In this document: positions 14,701-25,660 of the stretch, piece after piece | How the letters are laid out: each line of letters begins with the position of its first letter | How positions within the stretch are numbered: the first letter of the stretch is position 1 | Source: Phoronis australis | Lineage: Eukaryota; Animalia; Phoronida | Reading direction: 5' to 3' | NCBI GenBank assembly: GCA_002633005.1 | Contig: NMRA01000008.1 | Coordinates: 1,399,745 to 1,463,744 of the forward strand | DNA: 64,000 nt | Position numbers and translations under genes: made by a program | Notes under the pieces: generated by a model | What the model was told of the DNA's origin: nothing | Seen by the model: only the letters and a program-made list of their open reading frames with translations | The model's database searches: none

Positions 14701-15227
14701 GGTAGTACTTGCTTGCAAGCTCGACAAATTAAGGTGTCGTTGGTAAACATTACGGGTCGAGTTCAGCACCGGATTAGTTCTCGTAAATTAGTTGCGAGTA
14801 CACAACTCTTCGGAGTCAAGTTGGTGAGACAAATCCACTCACGAAGCTGGTGTTTGTGTGTGCGTGCGCTCGAGTTTGTCACCCTAAGTTGTCGTCAACT
14901 TACAGTAACTATTCACCTAATTTTGAAATAACTTCTATTGAGCAAAATGTAGTTCAGCGTTGAATGAGAATATCAGTTGAATTTAAATTCCATGCTCTTA
15001 CTTTGCAACGGACTGCATTCGCCAAACCGTTGAGACGTTTAAGATTGCGTAAGCGGGCCAACGAAATAAGGAAAAAAGATATTGTGGCCAAGCACCGTCT
15101 GGTCTGACCCTTCTTATTGAAAAACGAATCCAGGTGACGCAGCGTTCTTGAACCAATTTAAAGAAAGTTTACTTAACGTACAATTTCCTTATCTAATTAC
15201 TTAGGAAAAATAGTTGCGGCAACTTAA

Positions 15228-15281
<54 letters not shown>

Positions 15282-17500
15282 CACACACACACACACACAC
15301 ACACACACGGGACTTGTTTCCTCCAAACATATTTTTAGAACAAAACTGTTTTTGCGACACAAACGACAATGAACGAATGATGCGCACTGTGCCATAAAAA
15401 GTTTTAAATTTACAGGTTTGAGATCTCCAGTACTTTTTATCGTTTGCGTTCAACTTTAGATTGCCCCGAATTTAATTTCTCGGAATGACGCAAATGAAGC
15501 GAAATATAATAAGCTGGAATGCAGTATTGTAAAAACTGTGTCAAGTGCTGCCGTGATCTATAATTGAGCAGTGCTCGTAATGCGAACCCATGACGGGCCT
15601 ATCACGTACAGCGATCACCATTCACCAACAAGGAAAGGTTAACACTAAAAAAGGCGTAAACGTATTACAGTAATCAAAGTATTATAATTGTGAAATGAGG
15701 TACAACAACGCGAGATGAAAAGAAGAGATATACCATAACAAAACTGGTATGTGTCTGCGTGGCATTGCGTGAGGCTATTCAGTGCACGAAACGAAATAAC
15801 CTAGTGAACGGAGAGACTTTTTTATGACGTAGTTTTACCCAACTTGGTATATTAAATCCTTATCCCTAAAAATGAAACATAGACCTCATTGATTTTACTG
15901 CTTGAGGTAAATTTGCAAAAGTCGCTACGACTGGTAAAATATTCCGCCCATGAACGAACAACAACCGGAAGAGAACATATTGTGCACGTACTCAGGTATG
16001 CCGGTGAATATTTAAGCCACGCGACACAAAATAAACTACTGCGCGCATATTTTTCCGTTTAAATTAATAGACTAGAAATGAACGGTGCTTCTAAAAAAAT
16101 GTCCACTTTTAATACGTACGGCAGCTCATTTTTGCGATTAACATAGTATGCGCGGTATGCAGGAGTGGACTCTTAAGTTTTCATTGAGAAGAAATGGACT
16201 ATAACTGCCTCGATGAAAACTGCGGCTACCATTGCCATAAATAAAACAGACGAGACAACGTAAAATCTCTAAATCATTACATTTGGGTATTCAGAGTAGC
16301 AAGTGCTTTGCATTTTACGTAAAATATCAAAAATAATCTGATTCTTGCAATAGTTTGACAAGGCAGCAGTTGAAAAATGGGAGGGCTCAAAGTGAAAAGG
16401 CGAGTGGAAACGGACAAAGAAATGTGTTTAATAAACAGTCGGTCAGGCTATTCCGAAATACCTTGCTATTCAATTTTATTGAAGTTTCACAACTATCCTC
16501 AGTTACTTTCCGGGTTAGTAATTTTCAATGTTTGGTGACAATTTCACTTAACGCTTCTCGCGACTAGCCTCGAGGCTGATCAAGACTGAATGAGGTTGTT
16601 TTTGAATGCAAGTATGCAGCAACTATTCCACTCGAAGACACTTGAGTCGTTCGCGCAAAGTAGTGTATCGAGTTGCCAGGCCACTTGCGGAGTGGACAAA
16701 TTATAGGGTAAATACTGACAAACATAACAGACGAAATGGTAAGGTACCAGTCATCGAGTGTTCCGTTAATACCGATTGGTTTAATCCCTATATTCGTCTT
16801 ACAATGACGAACTCGTCAAGTTGACAATGCGAGTAATTGTTGTATTATGTTCGCGACTGCGCATATCGCTAGCCTTCCTCAGGAATAAGATGAAAGCTCT
16901 TTCGCTGACCGCGTTCAGTGTAATGATGTATCGCAATTTGAAGTGTCATATTTGCGACTTTCCTCGAATAGAGCATAACTTTGTCAAGTATAATTTCGTT
17001 TCAGGGCCAACAGGAAGTATTTGATTCCAACAGAGTGGTCCCTAAATATTATGAAAACATGTTGAGTGGCATCGCCTGTCAATAACATCCCAACATTTAT
17101 GAAGGAAAACATTTCATCTCATTTACGTGAATAGATACGTGCGAATGAGCCGGTGAGAGCGTCAGCTGCGATTGTGCTAAATATTTATTATTTTGCACAC
17201 GTTTTGTTATGAGAATAAACCGTAACACACAGTAGACTAAAGACCCAGGGCTATGTGTGCGTTGAATGACATGAGATGTGTTCATTGAATTCAGCCCACT
17301 TAACGCTTGTCAAAACGAAAATCATGATTAGCTAAAAAAGGTGATTTATCGAGCACCTGGTACGGTATAGTTTCAAATGCTATTGCTCATAGTGTGGTCT
17401 ATGAGTGGAAGCTGGGAGATTGTCCACGTGGACAAATGAAAAGAAAATAAAACTCACCCGAATGGCATAGACTTGGAACAGAGCAATCAGTACGACCAAC
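727..17500 (-). CDS. fgf8/17/18: Spliced FGF8/17/18-subfamily fibroblast growth factor gene (EGL-17/invertebrate FGF8-like); span of the four confident coding exons, first coding exon further upstream
   Basis: Exons 17458-17500, 14063-14303, 5457-5560 and 727-1050 splice in frame at GT-AG sites. Translation: xLVVLIALFQVYAIR|VYASD...KHHFNKYF...KDYQLTNLCSDKLVQIVGKNGKRRSPVNARGTDPKSIL|ATLSFKTISFGEIRIQSPRTNYYLCFSKTGKLTIR|RNGNNKRCTFKEIRDDDSTETKLQSVADEKWFVGFRKNGKPLKG...KEKCFKFYK...KPRKSRRRTENT*. FGF beta-trefoil motifs are present (YQL, YLCF..GKL, C.F.E, W.V.F.K.G.P..G). Intron phases 2/0/1/0 match FGF8. Confidence 0.93.
5457..5560 (-). CDS. fgf8/17/18: FGF8/17/18 middle core exon (104 nt, phase 1 to 0)
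   Basis: ttcgtttcag|CCACA...ATTCGG|gtaagt. Encodes (A)TLSFKTISFGEIRIQSPRTNYYLCFSKTGKLTIR. 104 nt is the typical FGF exon-2 length. Absent from the ORF track. Confidence 0.93.
6272..6413 (+). mobile_element. MITE family A, copy 1 (TIR core TTCAGTAACGCTAGG), in FGF intron
   Basis: Terminal inverted repeats GGCTTGCATTCAGTAACGCTAGG / CCTAGTGTTACTGAACGGGAGGC. The interior aligns with the reverse complement of 48573-48725. Confidence 0.75.
6441..6454 (+). promoter_or_regulatory. CTCF-like core motif in FGF intron
   Basis: CAGCAGGTGGCGAC. An opposite-strand match CGCCAGATGGCGGT lies at 7001-7014. Motif match only. Confidence 0.35.
11741..11830 (+). repeat. (AAT)n microsatellite with degenerate AGT/AGC tail
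   Basis: Pure AAT 11741-11779. Source of the poly-N, poly-I and poly-L ORFs. Confidence 0.95.
14063..14303 (-). CDS. fgf8/17/18: FGF8/17/18 exon equivalent to vertebrate exon 1D (241 nt, phase 0 to 1)
   Basis: ttgatgtcctag|GTGTAT...ATTCTCG|gtaagt. Encodes YQLTNLCSDKLVQIVG...VNARG, comparable to FGF8 YQLYSRTSGKHVQVLA.KRINAMA. Confidence 0.9.
15232..15308 (+). repeat. (CA)n microsatellite
   Basis: Directly visible, with one interruption near 15280. Confidence 0.97.
17458..17500 (-). CDS. fgf8/17/18: FGF8/17/18 signal-peptide exon (43 nt, phase 2 to 0; equivalent to vertebrate exon 1B)
   Basis: ttttatttgcag|GTTGG...ATTCGG|gtgagt. Encodes hydrophobic LVVLIALFQVYAIR in frame with the next exon. 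Confidence 0.8.
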
Positions 17501-18958
17501 CTGCAAATAAAATGGAGACGAAAATTGAAGAAATTAAGAGACACTGACGATACGGCAGTTCTTCACCAATTTAACGCAGGATATGGCCTGCAAATGACAT
17601 TTTATTTTGTCAAATTTCTCCACAGAAATAAACATTAAGACAAATGTTGATCACTAGCATACGTTGTACTGTGTAGATATCACGAGACAACATTTAGCAA
17701 TGCTGTATAATTCTGGGCACGGAAATCAGTCTTTGAAAAACGGGAAAATTTCAGTTTGACGTGCGAAATAAATGGAGAATTGCCGTAACACTGCTTTGAA
17801 CGGGGGTCTCTAACAAGAATTGTGGATTCTTTTCAAGCTGGGACTCTTTCCTAAGTTCAGAAGGTTATTCCAGTCCGGAGGTTCTCAAACAACAGCCAAA
17901 GCTCCTTTTAAACCGTGGTGTTCCCTCCTAAAATCAGAACGTTACCGCAACATTGAATAGGCAGGCCGAGTGCTTCCGAGAAATCGAAATATACAAACAT
18001 GGCATGATGATGGGGATACACGGAGAATAACGAAAGCTTTCCTGTTTGTTCTGAGGCAAAATCAAGACTACGAAATAACAGACACCCGGCCCACAGAATG
18101 CTGAACAGTACCTGAAATTAATACTTCACCCACAACGAGACAACACTTGGAGAACGAAATGCCACCAAGGGTAAAAACTGAGGGACGACAAAATACCCAC
18201 CACAGTAAGTAGCACACGCTCCCAGTAACCGTTCGCATGGAGACCCCTGGATTTCCAAAGGGAATTGTAAAATTCAATAGAATCATATAGTTGAGTTTAG
18301 GACTAATAATACGCTTTGCTACAAATTACCCAGTGCGATAAATCCGGAGTGACTGCCATTGGAAGTTCGACAGCCAAAACTAGCTTTCTTGTCCTTGTAC
18401 AAAATTGGCCAGTATTTCAATGACAGACCTCAACAATACAATGACGGCAGTACATTGAAGTTAAAATTCACTTTCACATCTAAATTCGACATTTCGCAAC
18501 AAGAATCATTATATATATTCTTCCACAAATCACAAAGAGAATGTTTCAGAAGGAACGTGCAACAAAACCTCTCAAGACAATCTTTGGCGGTTGATTCATT
18601 TGTCGCTACTCATCAATCTTACGGTAACACGCGATAAGCTCGCCCGTTAGTTATCTATTACTGGCGTGTCATTGACAAACTTCACACATTTCTTGTAATA
18701 TTTTGAAAATTCTACAGGTCGCGACGTCACGCCGTGTCACATCTGCCACCGTGTGCAAACAACTCAAGCTATAATAACGGGAAAGAAAACAACTGAATAG
18801 ATGGAGACATGATAGTCGAGAAAAAAATAAACACATTACACAGTTGCACTGGGAAAGGGCCAATGGACACAGAGGTAGTAAAACACGCTCGGGTCGCTAA
18901 AGAATAGTGTTGGCCGTCGACTATTGCATAAATGCAACGCTAATCCCAGGATACATAC

Positions 18959-18972
18959 TTGACAACAACCAT
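18959..18972 (-). CDS. Candidate first coding exon of the FGF gene (MVVV-K)
   Basis: gcatcATGGTTGTTGTCAA|gtatgt is a phase-2 donor that gives MVVVKLVVLIALFQVYAIRVYA, a 241-aa protein. TATAAA-like motifs lie at 19160-19174 on the minus strand. The exon is short and has out-of-frame upstream ATGs, so it could be chance. Confidence 0.35.
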
Positions 18973-21900
18973 GATGCACAGACTGGCGTTTCCATCCTTT
19001 ATGTCAATGGTTAGTCAAACCCGTGAACTCTCTTTTCACCTCGTCCAGTTGACTTCATTCGCGAATTTAATAACTACACTCAGCGATAGTCTGCCAAGAG
19101 ATTTCAAATATTGACTCGCTCGCTGAAAAATTCGTCTATTGCTGCAAAACACATGCACGTTTATACACTTTATAGCCACGGGCTGTTACTCGAACAAATA
19201 ACAATCACGGTTTAAAATTTTCAGCCTCGTCCAGGTGAACGTTTATTTATACAACTTTCTATATAGAGGTTTTCCGCCGTGTATCTCCGCGTCTGGCCCA
19301 GTCCCCACGGGATAACCCTATGAGAATGACTGTCGTCATCTTCTCGTTCGAAACAATGGACACGGGACGCCGAGATGTGTGGTCCGTACTCCACAAACTG
19401 TGGGATCTAACTGGTGGATAAAATAATTCAAATCTATTCAGCGACATTACATTAAACATATGTCTAAATGCCGTCTTGGTTCTGTTGCAGCGGTTAATAC
19501 CTGGCAAGGCAATCCATTGACTGTCATCACCGGACTACTCACGAGAATGTATTTGACTGGCAGCCGCCAGCAATATTTTTGTTTGAAACATGTTTAAAGA
19601 TATACTCCGATGACAGATTTCCTGGTCACGGCCGAGACATTTCCGAATATCATTCATTGTGTTCAGATGTCTTTTAACGTGCTTTTATATGTATTCAAAT
19701 AATTGTCGTGGTATACATCCGCCGAAACTACGGCTCTCAAATCGGTGTAAAATCGTCTCAATTCCCAGTATCACGACACTGGGTGATTTTGTAAACCGCT
19801 AAAGGTAAAAACTTAGTCGTTCGGTCGGGACGAAATATTAAACTCTAGAGTAGGCCGTATCAAATGATCATTTATAAAGAGAACAAGTCACACATACAAA
19901 GGCGTGGAATGTGGTTTTAAATAACTGAAATAACTTGATTAGTAAAAGAAGCGACAATAAATTTATCTGTTAATACAGCTTTTAAGTAATTATCGTACTT
20001 TACAAGAAATTAAAATCATTCCGTTAACGATTGGTCACTTAATGTCAGTTAAGCACCAGAAGATGGGAAACTTTTAATAGGTCACACAATGCAGGAGGAG
20101 ATCGGTGACCTGTCTCCCCACAGGTATGTGTTGATTACTATTTTCAAACATGGGACAAAATCTATCCCAGAAAAATATAACCGTCTGTTATTACCTTTGT
20201 CTCCCGAACATACATCCTAGCATAGTCTCAATCACTATCCGACAGATTATCTCGTTGTTTCGGCAGCCAACAGTAACACGGACATCCACGGACACACACA
20301 TGAGGTAAGCCTGTTCTGCAAGCCATTGTCGCGCTCTCAGCTTAGTCTCCGTTTAAAACTCTATTGGCCATCGAGGCTCCTCCCACTAACTATTTTACGT
20401 GTGAACTCGAGCACACAGCGCCGTCGACTGGTCTTTTTCTGGTGTCTAGTAATGTGCGATTTACGATATAGATGGCGTGTAGTAGCTGCTCTATTATCTA
20501 CATCAAGTTCCCGCTCGCGCTAGTGTCAACGTCGATCACGTCAATCCCCGAGGTTTCTGAAGACATTCATAAATACACTGATGCACACAATGCAACTTTA
20601 CGGCATCGTAATTGACCAACAAAACTTCACTCTTAAGTTAACTTACTGTATTCAGAGGTTACGCGATGAGTTCCGATCTTACACAACATTTTCAAAATCA
20701 TGTTGACATACTCATGACGAAGGTTTTGAGTGCGCACATCTGTCGTCTGCTATTTCGCGAGTTTTTTAAGTCCAACTTTTAACTTTTACAATAAGCAACA
20801 CGTCATAGTGGTGTTTGAGCACGAAAAATTTGCTTATGAAAAGAACATTCAACGAACATGTTCAGAGGTAAAAACGCAGTGAGATAAATTCGGTGTGTGG
20901 ACGGAGAAGACAATGGGCCGATTTAGTTTAATAAAATCAACAGAGGCAGAGGTGAAACTATCACGTCTTATCTTAATCGTAATCGTCTGGCTCTCAGAAA
21001 ACAATTCAAGTCAGGTCTAGCACGCCAGGTAACTGGGCGATAGGTGTTTTGATTGATTGAACAAATAAACGCCTGAATCCTCAGAATCAATGATGTTTTC
21101 AGGCAAGTTTTAGCCAATAACGTATCACGTTTTGTACGATCGAATTACTCAAACAATAAAACAATTTTGTCAAAACACACAATTCAAAAAAATTTCCGTA
21201 AAACAACATCAACAAGGCGAGGAAATCGCATTACGTGTTCAATTGTCTCTGTTTAGATGTGATGGCTTATTACCGCGGGGCAGGGCAAAACAAATTTCCA
21301 ACCACTGGATAATAATGCATTATATTCATCCTTAAGTACGTGGCCGACCCGTCGTCTGGATAATCATGCTCAGTATATTAACGGTGCACAAACCCTCTAA
21401 TTAAGGAGATGCTGGCCGATAGCGAACAATAGACGAGCTGGCAGGCCACACATACCGTATATTATGCTGAGAGGAGTATTCACACACAACGCGTCAGGCT
21501 AAAATTCGATGACCGGCATAACGCACCCAGGCCATCCATTTGTGATTACTCAATCAACCCGTTTACTTAAAGAAAGAATGGTCGATTACAATGTAACCGC
21601 AAAACTTCCGATCGAAGGGATAGAATCTCTGTAAACCCATGTACCAGGGAAACTAACGTTTGGTTTACTTGTAGCTTATTTATCTCTATAACTGGTCTCA
21701 ACTTGTTTGCTATTCAGGTGAGAAGCAGTCTCTGGGCTTGAATAGGGCTGTCAGTTCGCTATTCGGCATGAGAGTACTAGCTTGGCGCTGTGACAAGCCA
21801 ACTTGCCCAGCCTGGTCTCAAAAAATAGCTAACAACTGTCAATCCCTTCCGAGCCCAGAACTGAGCAACGAAACAGTCGAAGCCGATTTCGTAACCGGTA

Positions 21901-22616
21901 AGTAGTCCAAATCAATAGCTAGTTTTTGGCGAAAGGCGCGTTTAGAGAACTTTCAAGGATTCAAAGAAGCAAGGTCCAAATAAACTGTGACTATACAAGT
22001 CTGACAGTGAGTTCCATCACAATGTCATGTTATCGGGAGGTCAGTTACCAGGAAGGGACAACTGTTTTGGCGCACTTTAACTAGTAATGTCTTCCTGATA
22101 AGTATGGTGTATTGCAGTCGTAATTACAGCAATGGTTCAGTTATTTCCTCTCTTTAAAAACACCACATAAATTATTCGCGTTATTTGATAACTTTAAGTA
22201 TAAGGACAATGAGGGAACTATTTTAGGAATGCTCAGAGGTATGTGTTAAGTTTTTACACGCCTGCTCTCATTTCTCAATAGGTCCATTCATTTGTTTGCT
22301 TTATATAAATAAGGCAAAACATTCACCAACACAATGTTTTGTATAATTTGTTTTTATACGGTATCAAATTCGTCCGCTATAAGCGGCATAGCAGGTGAAG
22401 CGTTCTGAGTTTCTGGCGTTAGTAAAAACATTACGGTCATTCAGAAAACAACGGTAAAACAAGCGGCGCGGCTACTCTATGGGCATGGTCAAATGAATGT
22501 CCGGCATTGTAGTTTATAAAGGGAAATTAGTAACGATATAAAGCGCCCTCCAAAATGGCGGGAGCGCTCACAATCCAAACGATAGAAGATCACTTTAGCT
22601 CATCTAACTTTTTATT

Positions 22617-22685
22617 CATGGGCGGCACAGCACTGGAAAAAGTGGGTGCTAAAGCCCCTGAGCACCCTATGGTGTGCCACCCATG
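22617..22685 (+). mobile_element. 69-bp MITE family B monomer, 5-bp TSD (TTATT)
   Basis: TIR CATGGGCGGCACA / TGTGCCACCCATG, flanked by ttatt at 22612-22616 and 22686-22690. Homologous to the copies at 47693 and 57256. Confidence 0.8.
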
Positions 22686-25479
22686 TTATTCACGTCATTA
22701 TGTTGACATGAAACGTATTGAAGTCCAATTTCCACCAGTGAATTAGTTTGCTATACGCAAATCGAGATCTAGCCGGTATTATACAGGCTGTACATGTAAA
22801 TGCAACGAATTGTTTCGAAGTGGCAGGGTTTTTTTCAGCGAAAAGATTTTGGACCTATTCACGGAATGTTACTCAGCATAAGGTACTATCGTTTGTTGGA
22901 ATGTTTATCTGGGACACATTTCTATTTTATGAGACCGATGTTAATCACTGCAATCAGGCATTTTAATCGTTTTATTATGCAGCATTCTTTTTAAAAAATA
23001 AGGATCCCAACTTTGGAAGTCCGTGACTTGGCGTAGAAGCCCGGGCACAGAGTAATCTGATCAGGCGTAAGTACTTGACATCTGACAACTCCGAGCAGTA
23101 AGGGTGAGCGGACACATTCACGAAGGTGGAACAACTGCGCAGACGCAAACAGCACGTGAGTAGGTGAGGGTCAAGGTCCGTTGGAGACTCGACAGGACTG
23201 CATAAATAACATGATTGACAGCGAAATATAATCAAGTCTTTAAAGTATATATATGTGAACAAGCCGTTCAAGTATTCTTTTCTGTTCGCAGAGATAATAT
23301 CAAGGACAGTTTTCCTGTCAGTTGGTTCTCGGATAGACAGCGGACGTACTCCGAAGTGGTTTTGCTGATGGCCGCGTGGCCGTGTAAAGAAGTATTGGGT
23401 TGTATTCTAACCAGCTACTTTGCCGCAACCACGAGAACTAAGCCTACGCCATTTGTGCTTCTCGTTGGATGACATATTTTACACATGACTTGTCGTCAAC
23501 AACAATGGATTAGGCTGACGAAGAGTTCGCTGTAAGAACCCTCGATAAATTCCCAACCCCCACGAAAATCATTGCTAAGGTGTCATACTTAGTCAGCAAG
23601 GCACAACATCTTATGTCTGTGATCGATTACTACATTCAGCGACGAACTTCCGCAAAGCTGGGCCACATGATTTAATATGGTCTGTCTTTGCAGAATGTCT
23701 TACACAGTAAAAGCAAATTTATACAACAAGTCAATACAAACTATAACCGATTAAAGCCCGGGTAGCGTTTCGCATGTCATTTTAGAAGTATTTAACATTT
23801 TGCAAAATGTCCTCTTGTGTACACGAACTTGAAGACACCGCTTCCCGGGGGGTCATCTGTGCACTGAATAACCAGTGTATAGGACCCGCTTGACTGCCAT
23901 CTTTTGAATAAAACGCACTTCGAATAGTCCCGGCAAAGATTTAATGCTGCAAAGTTGGCATAGATCACACAGGTATCAAGAAATAGTCATTTCCCATTGA
24001 GCTCGTACCACAGTTATGACGTCATTGGTTGTCAGGTGAAATTTTACGGGAAACCAGAGTCAAGTTTTATCAGGGATTGCAAATCCGATCGTAGCCAAGA
24101 CGTTATTGCAAGCGCTACGCTGAGTTTTTCATGACAGGGATTAAACGTTTAACTGACGGTACATTGACTATTTTTCATATTCAGACTTAAATATCGCCCG
24201 ACGGGTCACGTTAATAAAGTGCGTGCGAATTAAAATGGAAGTTACTACCGTTTTAGCTAAGACTTGACATATGACCTTTGATAAAACGGGCCCCAGGTTT
24301 CTCGTGACATACAAGGGAAATTCCAATTAACCATTTTCAAGCTCGTGCATTCCGACGCACAATATGACTATGCTTTGCGGATGTTGGCAGGGCAACACTA
24401 CACGAAGACTTGAACGCACCCCCAACCCTTGAATACAGTGTCACGTGAGCGCGCCCACTGAACCCACACCATTGAAGAGGGTTAAATTGGGCTAAATCCC
24501 GAGTCAAATATAACGGAGCTTAGAGTAGCAAATATTTTTCTTTATATACGCAAGTGTGTAAACACACTAAAATCGCAAATGAAGCCGATAAAAGAATCCG
24601 TTTGCAATGCTAATAGTCTTAAAGCTTTGCAATAATATGAGAAATCGTATAATATTCACTCAATAAAGACCTGTTATATAAGCTATTACCAAAATCTCAT
24701 ATAGTCAAATAGAATTGATGATACGGCCATAGAGACTCACAAAAATCCTTTGACCTTAGGAATGATCTGTTGTAATATTGCCCATTATAATGATACGTAG
24801 ACTTTAAGAAAGCGTTTGATGTTGTCACGCCCCAAGTTATGTGTGGAAGCCCTTAAGAAACTCATTGTTTCTGAAGTTTTTATATCTGGAAAGGCAGAAA
24901 AGCGAACACAAACAACCGTCCCTCAATGAAGGAACTACCCTAATGTCCAGGTCACTTTCTCCCTCACCTAACCATGTTCTTTGAACCGACATTGTCACGT
25001 ATACGGCCGAAAAAAACATTTTGGGATTATTGTCGGAGAGGAAAACCTTCTTGAAGTTATTAGCTTTGACCAGAGCTATAATGTTGTTTGTGAGTTTATT
25101 ACAAATCGTCAATTCTCGCCGTTGTGTGCTACACATTCGCTGAAATCAAGTCACGTGACTTTATCAGTTAAATACTGTTGTAATACCTGTCGATTATCTG
25201 ATGAGCAGACGTATCTACTGATATCAAGGCTTGCAGTTCTGCAATAGACATGTTGATCTTGTAAGTTCATGAAGTGTCGATATTTTAGCCACTTTAAGCA
25301 AATAACCTTGTTCTCAATAATAGAACAGAGTCTAGTGCTCGCAACGATTACACCTAGGCATAACATTCACCCGCCTTCCGACACACAAAGTAGATTTTTA
25401 TTCAGACCACCTACCAATACGAAATTGGGCTTGGAAGAACTGACAGCTCCTTATGCTTGAAATTAGGTAGACACGTGAC

Positions 25480-25660
25480 TTGTCACGCCGTGTCGTTTTA
25501 TTCGTCGAGCACTGCATCACCTCCAACAATGCCGAACTGTCAGCACTTTGCAAGACCAAAAATCACTTTTAACCTAAGTGAGAGACAACTTGAGACCGAT
25601 TTTATGGCGGTATTGTAGGTGGTCTACATTAAAAGTTAGTTTCGTCTGCTGAACACGGTT
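25480..25660 (+). repeat. Dispersed degenerate repeat shared with ~62144-62310
   Basis: tgtcacgccgtgtcgttttattcgtcgagc...actgtcagcactttgcaaga...acaacttgaga aligns by eye to tgtcacgacgtgtccatttattcgccgagc...actgtcagttcttagcaaga...acaatttgag. Confidence 0.55.

Noticed and set aside
15193-15453. CVCVCV ORFs
   Set aside because: Translation of (CA)n.
20647-20702. ATG-containing segment with GTAAGT donor as FGF first exon
   Set aside because: Ends in phase 1, incompatible with the phase-2 signal-peptide exon.
20898-20920. TGGACGGAGAA matching the 5' half of miR-184
   Set aside because: The 3' half diverges and there is no upstream complementary arm to form a pre-miRNA.
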